A stretch of DNA of 64,000 nucleotides, taken from assembly GCF_001194135.2 (NCBI RefSeq), contig NC_069004.1, positions 13,910,185 to 13,974,184 of the forward strand, in the 5' to 3' direction. Source of the DNA: Octopus bimaculoides (Eukaryota). Positions within the stretch are counted from its first letter, which is position 1, and each line of letters begins with the position of its first letter. The notes beneath the pieces are model-generated. The model ran no database searches, was not told the DNA's origin, and saw nothing but the letters and a program-made list of their open reading frames with translations. The translations under genes were made by a program, and so were the position numbers. Of the stretch, positions 40,992 through 54,902 are shown one piece after another.

Positions 40992-43133
40992 TATATCACA
41001 GAATCACGGTACTGACCAGACCATCAAGTGTTGTTGTACAGTACTGGTCACAGTGTGTTGCCAGTTCTGTCTTGAGTTTAACCATTGTTTTCCACCTTAA
41101 CCCAAATTGCTAAACTAAATTGTCTTGCCATGGTTGTGGAGGCCTCCACAACTCTCTTTTTAATTTGGATAATAACGTCATGTTGCTTCTATTTTGGTTA
41201 TGTATTGTATAGATATGTTGGTGGAATTGAAATTTTCCTGAGTTCAAAGAGAGGTTAATGTATGCCCAACAAAATCGCTTGTTTCAACTATTGCTTAGTG
41301 TACATAATATGTAAGTGGGTACTTGGAATTCAGAGGATAATTATTGGGGTTGATACAATTACAAGAATTTGAGTTAATGTTGGGTGTAGGAAAATTCTAC
41401 TTACACTGATTAGAAACAGCAACAGTTAGCAGGAAATTGGGTATAATAGAACATAATATTACATGGTTACTAATGTAAAAATATCCAAGAAAGTGTGGGC
41501 ATAATTTTAGTTAAGATATGTCTACACACACGTGTGTGTGTTTACTATATTTTACATATGTGCAAGTAGGTATGAATGTGTGTGTGTGTATATATATATA
41601 TATCATGAATGAGTGAATGTAAGTGCAATTCTCGAGAATTTTGTGTATGTGTATATGTGTGCATATATGTTTTATAGAAACACACATGTATTTAAGCATA
41701 TCTATGTATGTGAGTATTTGTATACTTATATTTTTTGTGTATATACATATATGATACATACATACAGACATATACGCATACAATTCTTGACAATTTTGTG
41801 TGGTGTGTGTTTATGTGTAACATGATGTGTAATAGGTACAAATATAATGAGCCTTTAACCCCTTAGCATTCAGATTACTCTGTCAAATGTAATGCTTATT
41901 TATTCATCATCATCATCATCATCATCGTTTAACGTCCGCTTTCCATGCTAGCATGGGTTGGACGATTTGACTGAGGACTGGTGAAACCGGATGGCAACAC
42001 CAGGCTCCAATCTAAATTTGGCAGAGTTTCTACAGCTGGATGCCCTTCCTAACGCCAACCACTCAGAGAGTGCAGTAGGTGCTTTTACGTGTCACGTTGT
42101 TTTGAATTAATCATGCATTATTTTGTAGCTTTCAAATATGTGATTCTTTATATTTAGAATGACATTGTAGGGTAGGTGTGGGAGGCAGGATCTAGCTGAT
42201 TTGAACATAAAACAAATGCAATAATTGGGCCAGATATGATTGGTTTAAATGCTAAAGGCTGTAGATTGGCAGAATTGTAAGAGCATCAGACAAAATGCAT
42301 TGTGGTATTTCTTTTGGCCCTTTACATTATGAGTTCAAAACCAGTCATGGTAAACTGCTTTTGATCTTTCTAGAAGAAGAAAAAAAAAAGTGCCAGTCAA
42401 ATAATGGAGCTGATTTAATTGATTAAATTCTCCTCTAAAATTTGGCTTAGAGTCTATGTCAGAAATTATTAACCTTTTAATAATTTTATTCACCACATAT
42501 CTAGTTTTTAGCAATAAATTCTCATAATTTATATCTCTAAATCTTCAAATCTCTTGCAAAATATTTTTTTATTTAAATTTCATCCATAAATAAATGATTT
42601 CAATTTATCTCTCCCAAAATTGTTAACTTCTAAAAGATGGTAGTTCTTACTAACATCCGATTTGAAACGTCATTCTGTTTCAAGAATAGACATTTTCAGC
42701 TTGCTGTAGTCCTCTACCTCTCACATTAGCAGTAAATGTTTAATGTATACGTCTCTCCACACATTATCTCCCTATCTCAAATTAATAATTGAAATCTTAT
42801 TTACATGTTTATAGTCATGGGGAAACTCTTTGAAATTTCTCATAAACTAGCCTAAGTCCTTTAAAAAAAAAAGAAAGAGAAATTTATAATCTCATATACA
42901 TATATTACTATATGACAATATTAGATAAACACACTGCATATCTCCTTCTTTTCCTTTTCTCATCCTAATATTTGCCTTGTCTCTCTTTCACTACAATGAG
43001 ACACTAATATCTAATGTAGAAGCATATGATATACATAAATTTAGAGAGAGAGAGAGGGAAAGAGAAAGAGAGGGAGTAAACTGTTATTGACAAGTCAGAG
43101 CAAAGAAAGAGAGTCTGTAAAGCTTATACTTAC

Positions 43134-43336
43134 GACGACTTCATGTTGAGACTCTTGTTTGTCAAACCTGAAGAGCATTACATGCGTAGCGCCAGCAACA
43201 CATAGTAAACGACTTTCGCGACACAACTGCATCATTTGGATAGCAAACGGATCATCGTCACTACCATCAGAATTTTTACATTTAGGCTTTTCAAATAATT
43301 TTGCAGATTTTACTTTGCATAAAACCTGTAAGGTAA
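43134..43336 (-). CDS. STXBP5: Tomosyn exon, 203 nt: (V)TLQVLCKVKSAKLFEKPKCKNSDGSDDDPFAIQMMQLCRESRLLCVAGATHVMLFRFDKQESQHEVV
   Basis: Lies inside ORF 43095..43430. Acceptor ttcctaacag (phase 1, matching the previous exon), donor GTC|gtaagt. Confidence 0.95.
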
Positions 43337-43914
43337 CTGTTAGGAATATAAGAAAAAAAAGGAAGAGATGTAGGCACTGTAGTCTGGAGTGAGATGAAAA
43401 TAGATTAGTTTTAAATAAAGATAAGATCATATAGAAGAATGCTTATTTGGTCATCTCTATACCAACCACCATCACCACCTAAGACTGCCTCTGTTACTAC
43501 AATATATAACCATTAATTTTGAAGTGTTTATATTTAACCCTTTTATTTAATCAACCTGTCCTATGAATGCAAACTTTATTCTACTGCGATTTAAAACCTT
43601 TGCCTGTTGATGCAAATTTTACTTTAATGTGATTTAAATCAAAATGTTCAGTCAAAATTCAGTGCTAATTAATGTTCCAAACAGCAGATCAACGAGAAGG
43701 ATATTATACTAAATTTATTTCTAATTTGTTTCAGTCATTAGACTTTGGCTATGAATTGACCCCAGTAAATTTTTTAAGTCTGGTACTTATTCTATCACTA
43801 CTTTTTGACAAACCACTAAGTTACGGGGATGCAGGCACACCAATACAATTTGTCAAGTGGTGGCGGGAGACAAACACAGACACAAAGAAACACACACGCA
43901 CACACACATATATA

Positions 43915-43945
<31 letters not shown>

Positions 43946-44133
43946 CATTTATATGTACATATATATATATATATNNNNNNNNNNNNNNNNNNNNNNNNNN
44001 NNNNNNNNNNNNNNNNNNNNNNNNNNNNNNNNNNNNNNNNNNNNNNNNNNNNNNNNNNNNNNNNNNNNNNNNNNATATATACATTTATCAATTTGTTTTG
44101 CAAGATTCCTGATGTGAAATTGTGTTGAAACAG

Positions 44134-44492
44134 ATATTGTTGTACTTCAGTATGGTCATTTAATTCATTATCATTATTGTTATTTTGTTTTGCCATTTAT
44201 TTGGCAAAATGCACTATATTTTGTTTTCTTCATTCATTTCTTACTGTTATTTGATTATTTTAATGCCTGTCCATTGTCTGTAAATCATTCGTCACGCATC
44301 TGTGACCTCTTCAGTGACACTTTTGTTTCCAGAAATGAAAAGTGTGGCTGAAGATGTCAAATATGTGTGACAAAAAATTTACAGACAATGGACAAAAATT
44401 AAAATAATAAAATAACAGTAATAAATGAGTGAATAAAAAAAAACAATAATAAAAATAATAAATAAAATGACCATCCCAAAGTACAATGATAT
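44134..44492. repeat. Old, diverged inverted repeat (about 170-bp arms) with a CTGAAGA-hairpin motif in each arm
   Basis: tgtccattgtctgtaaat / atttacagacaatggaca; tgtacttc..atggtcattt / aaatgaccat...aagtaca; cttcagtgacactttt / aaaagtgtggctgaag. Confidence 0.75.
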
Positions 44493-44502
44493 ATATATGG
44501 CT

Positions 44503-44945
44503 TGAAAGTCATAACATGCCTAGGTGAGACAGGCTGACACTGAAGTGGCTTCGCGCCCTCCATTGTCAGTTAAAGTTTAGACAGTGTCATGTGACAACTT
44601 GCTGGGGCTACTTGCTGGACCCTAGCAGCGGGAAATTTAGACAGTGTCACGTGACAACTTGCTGGGGCAGCCTGCTGGAGCCTAGCAGCATGTATAAAAA
44701 GGGGAATTTGACATGACAATCAGTCGGACGCTGACACTCGTTGATGCTGCATCGAAGAGGCCAGGGAATAGAAGAAAGAAGACACGCACCCAACACCAGA
44801 GCTGAAGACACATCTGAAAGGGGGAGCCCCGCCACGTCAAAACGGTAGAGGAGTAGGGGCCGAAACCGGACGTGGTTCCTCCTGATGATGTCTTGAGCTA
44901 ACTGGATCCTATAAAGGAGCTGTTGTGGTAGCAGACCACGAAACA
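44503..44945 (+). mobile_element. LTR-like GC-rich insert (candidate solo LTR); boundaries uncertain
   Basis: TG...CA ends with near-TSD tggct/tggtt; 60-bp internal duplication; TATA box; retained CpGs. Confidence 0.5.
44693..44724 (+). promoter_or_regulatory. TATA box plus Inr, antisense to tomosyn
   Basis: TATAAAAA at 44693-44700 and TCAGT at 44720-44724 (A is 29 nt from the first T). Upstream are GTCATGTGAC and GTCACGTGAC E-box palindromes. Confidence 0.5.
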
Positions 44946-45180
44946 TGGTTGAAATTCCCCAATGATAAACGAAATCTATGCCTGCTTTTTGAATTCCCAG
45001 CTGGTTCCAGCCAGTTTAGCTATGGCTTCATTTGGGACAATGCCATTAATATCAAAATCGTTATTAGCATTCATGTATTTTATGCTACATGTAAGACATC
45101 ATCATTATTAAAATATTATAAATATATTGAAATAAAATTTATTCTAAAAAAATTCTTTCATCTTTTCAAACAAATTATTA

Positions 45181-45248
<68 letters not shown>

Positions 45249-45897
45249 GGCAGCAAGCTGGCAGAATTGTTAGCACACCGGACGAAATGCTTAGCAGTAT
45301 TTCGCCAATATTTCTGAGTTCAAATTCTACCCTAGTCGACTTTGCTTTCATCCCTTCAGGATTGATAAGTTAAGTACAAGTGAGTCACTGGGGTCGATGT
45401 AACCAACTAGTCCCCTCCCCCAAAATTTCAGGCCTTGTTCCTTTAGTAGAAAGGATTATTATTATTATTATTATTATTATTACTAGGTCTTTATCCATTG
45501 CTACACTGCTAGATTTGTTACTTTTGTCCTCTAAAATCATATCTGGTGTTCTTGCTTCAATAGTATGGTAAGACTTCATTGGGTAATCCCACGAAATCGT
45601 GTAATTCTTATTCTATATCACAGCTTCTGGTTCATATTCATATCACTTTTCTCCTACTTTGAAACCACTAACTCAGCTAACATCCCAATGTAAAAGAGTA
45701 CGTTTACCTACACAGGCATGCCTGCACATAAAACCATTTTGTGCTAGTTTACTGCTAGCACCATTATAAATTGCAGTGGTTACTTGTCAGATAATGACAT
45801 AAAAAGGATTTTCAGCAAGAGAAAATGGAATTTAATTAAACGGTTTACTGGAAAATAATATGGCATGGAAGAAATAAATAAAATAATGACTAAATAC

Positions 45898-45938
45898 CTG
45901 CTGAAGCATCCCAGAATTTTACTGAGCCATCGGCATGT
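45898..45938 (-). CDS. STXBP5: Tomosyn exon, 41 nt: HADGSVKFWDASA
   Basis: Acceptor ttttctttcag, donor G|gtattt; WD40 terminal motif; phase 2 in, phase 1 out. Confidence 0.93.
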
Positions 45939-46206
45939 CTGAAAGAAAAGGAAAAGAATTAAGATTAAGAAAGTTATATAAGAATATCAGATCCCTTATC
46001 AAAAAATAGTATGTTTTATCTTTTATTTGTTTTAGTTATTTGACTGCAGCCATTAGAGAGTCGACCCCAATATTTATGTTTTGTTAAGCCTAGAACTTAT
46101 TCTATCAGTCTCTTTTGCCAAACTGTTAGATTATGGGGGCATAAACACACCAACACTGGTTGTCAAATGGTAGTGGGGGGACAAACACAGACACAAAGAC
46201 ACATAC

Positions 46207-46251
<45 letters not shown>

Positions 46252-47295
46252 NNNNNNNNNNNNNNNNNNNNNNNNNNNNNNNNNNNNNNNNNNNNNNNNN
46301 NNNNNNNNNNNNNNNNNNNNNNNNNNNNNNNNNNNNNNNNNNNNNNNNNNNNNNNNNNNNNNNNNNNNNNNNNNNNNNNNNNNNNNNNNNNNNNNNNNNN
46401 NNNNNNNNNNNNNNNNNNNNNNNNNNNNNNNNNNNNNNNNNNNNNNNNNNNNNNNNNNNNNNNNNNNNNNNNNNNNNNNNNNAGTACCGCCTGACTGGCC
46501 TTCTTGCAGGTGACACATAAAAGCACCTACTACACTCTCTGAGTGGTTGGCGTTAGGAAGGGCATCCAGCTGTAGAAACCCTGCCAAATTTAGATTGGGG
46601 CCTGGTGTTGCCATCCGGCTTCACCAGTCCTCAGTCAAATCGTCCAACCCATGCTAGCATGGAAAGTGGACGTTAAACGATGATGATGATGATATGACAG
46701 GCTTCTTTCAGTTTTTGTCTACCAAATTCACTCACAAGGCTTTGGTCAACCTGAGGCTATAGTAGAAGACACTTGCCCACGGTGCCACATAATGGGACTG
46801 AACCTAGAACCATGTGGTTGTGAAGTAAGCTTTTTACCACACAGACACACTTGGTATGTAAAAGAAAAAAAAAATTTAATATTTCAAGTAGGCCATTACC
46901 AAAAGAAGCTGTTGATATTTTGTCAGCTATTATACATAAAAATTAAAATACATTTTAATGACAGAAAGACAAGAGATATACAGTAACATGTATATTTTCA
47001 AATTACTCTTTTTTTAATTACTTAACATCATGTATTTTTTTTCTTGCTAGCAGGAGTGGGAGATTTTGGAAATGTTTATGTTTACACAGTGTCAGTGCAA
47101 TTATTTTAACAGCTGGATACCTTTCCTATATCTAACATTTTATCTGAGAAATAGGAATGGAATCTGCTATATTAATTTATCAGCCATGCTGACTTGTGTG
47201 CCTTGAACAAGGGTATATACAATACAGTGGCTGCAATATTGTTTGAACTTATGATCAGTAGTTAAGAAAGAATATTAAAAAAAAAATCAATATAA

Positions 47296-47706
47296 GGCGT
47301 AGGAGTGGCTGTGTGGTAAGTAGCTTGCTTACCAACCACATGGTCCCGGGTTCAGTCCCACTGCATGGCATCTTGGGCAAGTGTCTTCTACTATAGCCTC
47401 GGGCCGACCAAAGCCTTGTGAGTGGATTTGGTAGACGGAAACTGAAAGAAGCCCGTCATATATATATGTATATATATTTGTATGTGTGTATGTGTTTGTG
47501 TATCTGTGTTTGTCCCCCCAACATCGCTTGACAACTGATGCTGGTGTGTTTATGTCCTGTAACTTAGCGGTTCGGCAAAAGACACTGATAGAATAAGTAC
47601 TAGGCTTCTAAAGAATAAGTCCTGGGGTTGATTTGCTCGACTAAAGGCGGTGCTCCAGCATGGCCACAGTCAAAAGACTGAAACAAGTAAAAGAGTAAAA
47701 AAGAGT
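47296..47706 (+). mobile_element. tRNA-derived SINE-like family C, near full length
   Basis: A-box-like tggctgtgtgg, B-box-like ggttcagtccc, internal (TA/TG)n and agtaaaag-type tail. Copies at 63695-63860 (+), 29080-29410 (+), 60830-61225 (-), 62085-62400 (-), 46020-46200 (-) and 46695-46850 (-). Confidence 0.8.
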
Positions 47707-48496
47707 ATAACCATAGATGGGTTTCAGTTTTATTCTGACCTTATCAGCAAAGCATAACATTTACTGTACATACAAAAGTAATGATGAAAAAAAAAAAATC
47801 ATTATGTAAATAAACAGTACTGTACAATTTAAGGGCATACCAAACATAAAATTATTTAGAGATTACTTAATTAAAAGATGTTATCCACATGAAAAGCAAT
47901 AGTTATGTTAGTATTAACATATTTAATGAAACATTTAACAAACTAACTGGAAATAAATAATACACACACACACACACACACAAAAAGCAGAACAAAAACA
48001 CAAAAAATGAAAGTTAATTAATGACTGATATTGCCAATTTTTACAGACAGACAAATTAAGCAGAAAATTGGTAGAGTCTTTAGAGCATCAGATAAAATTG
48101 TAGTATTTACTTTGGTTTCTTGTATTTTGAGTTCAAATCCTGTCAAGACCAACTTTGTTTTTTCCTCTTTCAGGGGTAGTGAAGGTGGTGGTGGTGGCGT
48201 TGGGGTGGGGTGGGGGAGATGATTGTTAAATAAAATGCCATGCTAAGGTGTGAACTGGTGGAATCATTTACAAGGTCAGACTGGATGCTTTGTAGTATTT
48301 GTTCGAGTTCTTTTCATTCTGAGTTCAAATTTCACTGTGGTCTTCTTGCAAGGTAGACTTCATCAGAACTACCCTCCATTCCCTAGTCCTTGGGTGCCTT
48401 TAGTGGAGTCCACTCTGTTAAAAGTATTTGGGGTAAGTCTCTAGTTTGAGGTTACCTTCCTTTGTCTCTGCTACTAATGTCAGATGCCCTATAAAG

Positions 48497-48729
48497 CAGT
48501 GGTTCTTAACCAAGGCCCACGGAAGATTTTGTTGTTAAAATTTATGAGCAATAAATTGCTTATACTTCTACAATACACAAAATATTTTAGCAATTTTTTA
48601 AATACAATTCCTAATAATATTTAATTATAAAAATATAATAGGAATTTTTTAAACATCAAATGGCTATGAGGATCTAAGTAAAATGGGAATCAACGGGATT
48701 TTCAGGTAAAAAATGGTTGAGAAACACTG
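48497..48729. mobile_element. hAT-type MITE
   Basis: CAGTGGTTCTTAACC ... GGTTGAGAAACACTG; flanks ctataaag/ctctaaaa. Confidence 0.75.
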
Positions 48730-50383
48730 CTCTAAAAATCAAGGTCATTGCACTATCTGCTGACATAGTACTAAAGATAACACTAGAGATTTTGTCATCT
48801 TATTCTGACTCATTTAGCTAACCCTCATTGTATTTGCCAAAATACAGATGAAACTTCTTTTATTCTTTCAGAATTTATGAAAGAGTACCAGCCATCGTTG
48901 GTGAGTTGATGGAAGTATTACAAGAGGTGGGGGGAGAGGGGCAGATTTTGTAGTACCTGTCCTGGCTCTTTGTGGTCTGACAGTTACACCTGTGATAACA
49001 CTAGTGCTAAGTTATATTGGCCCAAGTTAGTAGCACTCTCGCATAGATTAATATTGGTGATGTGGAGTGGGGAAACTTGCATGCATGAGCAACAACCAGT
49101 CCTCTTCAAAAACATTTACTCAGGCCTGCAATATATGTACAGATGTATGGCCAACCTTGACTGATGGGACCGTAATTATAATAAAAAAAAAGGTTTCAAA
49201 TTTTTGCATAAGGCCAGTATCAATCAATTACAATGACACCAGTGCTCAACTGGTACTTATTTTATTGACACCGAAAGGATAAAAGGCAAAGCTGACCTCA
49301 GCAGGATTTGAACTCAAAACATAAAACGTCAGAAGAAATGCTGCTAAGTATTTTGATATACTAACAATTCAGCCAGATTGACCTCAGTGACCTAACTAAT
49401 AATCATAATAATAATATTAGTTTCAAATTTTTGGCACAAGGCCAGTAATTTTTTTGGGAGGGATTAAGTTGATTAAATTGGCCCCAGTGCACAACATCCC
49501 CAAAAAATGAAAGACAAAGTTAATCTTAGTGGAATTTGAACTCAGAATGTAAAGACAAACAAAATGCTGTAAACAATTCTGCCAGTTTGCTGCCTCAAGT
49601 CATTTTGGAGTAAGGCCGGCAAGTTTGGGGGAGAGGGTAAGTTGATTACTTTGTCATTAGTGCTTATTTTATTGACCCTGAAAAGATGAAATACAAAGTC
49701 AGCCTTGGTGGGATTTGAACTCAGAACATAAAGACGAACAAAATGCTGCTAAGCATTTTACCCAGCATGCTAACAATTCTGCTAACTTGCAGCCTTAAGT
49801 TATAATTTAATAGTAAATAGAATTCATAGCTAGCAGAAACTGAACGAAGCAGATTTTAATTTTTTGGTTGCCCAGTTTTCAAAGTTAGGTTACTATAAGA
49901 GCATAGGAATAATTACAAATTATTTCTAATGGGTAAATATCACGGTAGACCAAATAAATGAGCATAAGGGTGAGTAGGACTGGAAATATATAAATTAAGA
50001 GTAGGTAAATAGATCTGGAGAACTGAAGCAAGTGAATTAGAAGATATTGGATTAAGATTAATAAGTGAATGTATGAAATTAAGATGAGTGTTCAAGTAGA
50101 TTAGTGTCTCTCAATGTCAGTAAAACTCTCTTGGCTGGAGTGTTCGTGGGAGCAGATGGGTTATGGGATGGAAGCAGCGGAGAGAAATGGAAACTGGATA
50201 GGATTGAATATTGGAAAAATGTAATCAAGAGAAAGCGGTATTGATGGATAAGAGACAAGGTAGCTGGGGAAAAAATATTTAGCCTCGTTCATATTCAAAC
50301 CACTATACTTGTGCAACAACAAACAGTCCCCCGATCTCTCTCTCTCTCTAGTGTGTGTGTAAAACAAATATAAACATCATATT

Positions 50384-50440
<57 letters not shown>

Positions 50441-50559
50441 TACACAAATAAACCAAATATTTGTTACACACACACACACACATATTTATGGAATAACTAC
50501 GGAGAAGGGGCTGAGACTGAGTATAAGAGGTAAAGAGAGAGGGCAAAGTGCTAATGGAA

Positions 50560-50625
<66 letters not shown>

Positions 50626-51245
50626 TATGAAAAAGACAGACAGAAAAAGATGAGAGACAGAATAAGAAAGAAAGAGAAAATGGGGAGAGGGACAGATAGA
50701 CACAGCTAGCGTAGCAAGCTAGCAAGCTATCTGCTGATTGATTGTTAATATCTGAAGGCTGATGTTTTTATATTCGTGTTCTGTCAGTGATATAATGTTG
50801 TAAGAAGTTTGATAAGCTAAGAACACACCTACGCTTAAACAAAATTTTTTTAAAAAAATGTTTAATGAAAAAACAAAACACTAAGATGCATCCATAGTTG
50901 TTAGATATTTAGTGAGCAGATGCTGGAAGCTTAAATACATGTAACAAAGATTTTTGGAATTCCTCTAGACACAAAACATGACTAAGGAAAAAGGAAAACC
51001 AAAGAAAATCAAAGCTAGTTTGTCAGACTGAAGACATGCTAAACAAATGTGGTAAAATTACATTTAATTAAAAAATATACATTTATAATAATACTAATAA
51101 AACAAAAGTTGTTTTATAATCATTGATTGTTGATTTTATTTTGAAAATAAAATCAAACAATCTAAGCAAACAAATAAAAATTAAAATGAAAGTATGTTTA
51201 AAAAAAACATTTGTTTTAAAAAAATCAGTAAAAAGAGAAAGTTAC

Positions 51246-51313
51246 CCAGTTAAAATGATCTCAGGGTAGCTGCAAGTTGTTGTTCCCCATTCACCACCTT
51301 TAATTGGCCATCC
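51246..51313 (-). CDS. STXBP5: Tomosyn exon, 68 nt: GWPIKGGEWGTTTCSYPEIILT(G)
   Basis: Acceptor ttcttaaag, donor GG|gtaact; resembles EWPINGGNWG...SYPEIIITG. Confidence 0.93.
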
Positions 51314-54300
51314 CTTTAAGAACAAATAATGATAGAGCAAAGTCAGTTTATTAAGACAGGGAGAAGTTAGTTAGCAAATAAAGAAGACAAAAAAAATGTC
51401 AAAGTCAAGATTTAGAAATTACTCAAAAAAACAAAAACAGAAAGTAACAACAAAACCCCAAACAGAATTGCTTAACAAAAGGACAAAATATTACGTTGAA
51501 ATTCCATACATTAACATTACCTTACTTTACAGTCAAAGCCCATAAGCTAAATTTTAAGTCAAACCCATCAGTTAGACTTATAAACCTTATGAAATCTGAC
51601 AATAGGACTACTAGCAAGAAGATTCTTGACAAGACTATATATCATGGAAAAAGAAAAAGACAAAATCAAACAACCATTTTTTAATAAATCATTTTTTTAC
51701 ATTTCAATTTCACATTATTTCACATTTAATTTTTTTATACTTGGATGTTTGGAAAAGATAGACAAAAGCCAGGTGTAAAATCTTACGACCAATAACTCCT
51801 CAACTACAACATTATCTGTGTAATTGTTTTTTAAAGAATATTAAAGTGTGATTTGCTTGTTATTTCTAGCAGGTCAAGTATAAGTATGTAGAACCTACCA
51901 CACTGGTTTTATATAAGAATTTAAAGCAAGAAAACCAAGTTAAAACAACTTGCTTCCATTGCAAAAATAATAAAAGAATACTATATTTTCTGGCATTCAA
52001 GTCAAATTTTTTAGACCAAAATTTACAGCCAAAAGAAGGTAGTTTAACTTATACACCAAGACAACTTTGAAGGACCAAAAATTCCATGTGAAATGTATCA
52101 AATTTTGGAAGAATAGTGACAATGTCTGAATGTTACACTACATGTTTGCCCTATATACTACATTGACTTGTATGCTGGAAAACAGTCTATGTTGCTGTTA
52201 AACAGTTTAAATATTTCTCCTTAGAACAAAGAACATGGGATGTGGAAGACATTTGCTTCCTTTTATATTTTGAGTTTCATAAACAAATACATCAATGTAA
52301 ATAATGCAATAGAAAAAATAGATAATGGATGTATATGCATATTTCAAGGGTTATTGCCCTTCCATCAGTACCTCAGTTAACTCATCAACTGTCCATGAAC
52401 ACTTGAGATATGCATATACACCTATTATTTATTTTTTCTATTTTCAATTGCATTGTTTACTTAAAGATATTAGTTTATGAAACATAACTTTCTGAACTCT
52501 ATAGAGAATCTACAGAGATAAACTTAAAAGCGAAAATATTGCACTGCTAATACATGATAAGACATAAAATTGGCTTGTAAGCCTGTAATATACTTTGTAG
52601 TACGTTGTGGTTATGAAACAAAATACTGTGGCTTTACCAGAAATTAATATGTATGTACCAGTTGCCAGGAATGTGTTTTGGCTACTTAAGGAATGTATCT
52701 GCGCATAGTTGATGAGTTGGATGTGGTGCTGATGAAAGAGCAACAACTCTTAAAATGTGCATATACACCCATTACTTATTTTTCTGTCTTTGATCACATT
52801 ATTTACAGATGTATTTGCTTACAAATGTCATCATTTGCAGAGCTGGCTTTGAATTCTATAGAAAATCTATACAAATATTGACTTTTAAAATACTTGGCAG
52901 TATATTATAGTTCCAAAAAGAAATACTGTAGCCTTATCAGAAATTAAACTAACAATATTATAATTAATAAGCACAAGTTCAGGTTTCCGTCTCTTTGCTC
53001 CAGTTTCATCCAACTTACATTTGTTGTTGCTTAAAGGCTATCATTTTCTACACATATTTCTTTCCCTATTATCATATTTTCTTTAATACATTTTTTCCTG
53101 TTTCTCAATAATCCCATTTCTTAATTCTATTCCAAACAGGAGTAAATCTTATCTCTCCATTGCTTTATGCTCTACAACAAACATTCAATTTGCAATGGAG
53201 ATTTACAATTAAAAGCACAGGAAAAAGTTCATCACGTATTCAGTTTAGTCAATGTCTCTACCCTGCTCATCTGTGAACATAAATTCCACCCTCTATAGTT
53301 CTAAATATAATTTTTGGAGGAATTTATAAACAGATATTCACATCACTATAAGCAATGTTGACAAGTCTCAGGTCAGCTCTGATCTGACAGATCTATGATC
53401 AAAAATGTAGTCATGACCAACCTATCTGCTGTTCAGACATTGTATGGGTGATTAGCAGAGTCATTTTGGTGTTGCATAAATTGCATTGTTCTTGTTTTCT
53501 GCATTCAGAGTTAAAATCTTGCTGAGGTGAACTTTGTCTTTCATCCTTTTGGTGCCAATAAATAAAATACCACCCCAATACTGGTGCAGCTCTCTTTCTC
53601 CTTCCAGCTGTTACATCTTTGAATGTCAACTGGGTCAGGGGACAAGAAAGTGTTGGTATCTGCTTGCAACTACAGGGGTACCTACACTGATTGGCAACAG
53701 CATGGTTTATACAGTCAAGTCACACTTGATTGCAAGTGATGGCAATAGTATTTTAGCACATTATCTACTGTGTCTTGCCTTTCTTTTAAGACAGCAGAAT
53801 GTAATTTGAAAGACATTTTATTGCTAATGTCACAGAAAGGCTTTCATGTAGGTCTGTTTGTAATCCAAAACCAATTTAGTTTTGGTACTTAAATTCCACA
53901 GCATTTGGAGTTCTATGTAGTTTTTCAGCAAGTAGAAGCAAAATGGCCAAGTGGATACGATATTGAAGTTAATAGTTCAAATCCATTGCATGTATTTTGA
54001 TTGTTATATCTCTAGAAAAGACACCTTACCCATTTTTTTTAGCTGCTGCAAAGGGGTATCATATATGGTGGAAAATAAAACTGGTAACAGGTTGACATTC
54101 TAAGCAGAAGGAGATCAGGCTCATCCCCTTCGTGCCACAACAGAAATCAGAATTAAATATTGGTCTTAGTTTTAGAATCTGGTTCCATTCACATCTAGAA
54201 TGGCTTTAAAGGAATATTGAATTGATCCCAATATTCAGGGATCAGCTATCAAATAGACTCTGGCAGGATTTGCTTTCAGAATGTAAAGAACTGGAACTAA

Positions 54301-54902
54301 ATTCTGCAAGTATTGTCCAGTGCTCCAATGACTTTGCCAATCCATGATGTGATCCTTTGAAGTTTAACCATTTAGCATTCGGATTACTCAGTCAAATGTA
54401 ATGCTTTTTATTCACATAGTTTTGAAATAATCATGCATTATTTTGTAGCTTTGAAATTTCAAGATGTGACTGTTTTTTTTTTATAATGACATTTTAGGGT
54501 AGGTGTGAGAGGCCTGATCTGGCCATTTTGAATATTAAACATGTAGAATATTTTGAATAGATGTGGCTGGTTTAAATGTTAAAGAGTTAGAGAAGAATTA
54601 ATATTTTTGTGATAAAAATATATGAATGAAATACATTCCAGGCTGGCATCGAAAGACGATGTAAAGTGGGGACTATAATCAATGGAAGGGAGCCCAATAT
54701 GTGTGTGTTACAGCAACTTTATCGATCCCAGAAGGTCAAAAGGCAGAGTCAATGCCAGCAAGATTTGGAAAGAGAGTGGGAGAAAACTAAATGCCAAATC
54801 ATTTCTGTTAGTTTCTTCTTCCGTTGTGAACTTTGAAGAATAATTGGAAGTTTTTGGTAAATTTTATGAAGTTTAAAATAAAAGGAAAACAAAAGAACTC
54901 AC

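Noticed and set aside
43325-43328. Alternative acceptor ttacag|GTT for the KVKSAK exon
   Set aside because: It is phase 0, but the preceding exon ends in phase 1. The 43336 acceptor restores VTLQVL.
44855-44960. Hammerhead in the LTR-like insert (CTGATGA plus two GAAAC)
   Set aside because: No type I, II or III arrangement gave correctly registered stems I and II.
47296-47380. SINE heads as tRNA genes
   Set aside because: They have A/B-box-like words only, no full cloverleaf, and continue into multi-copy SINE bodies.
48960-49080. STSVITG|gt-like mimic of the tomosyn IITG exon
   Set aside because: The real exon was found at 51246-51313; this region has stops and looks like decayed repeat.
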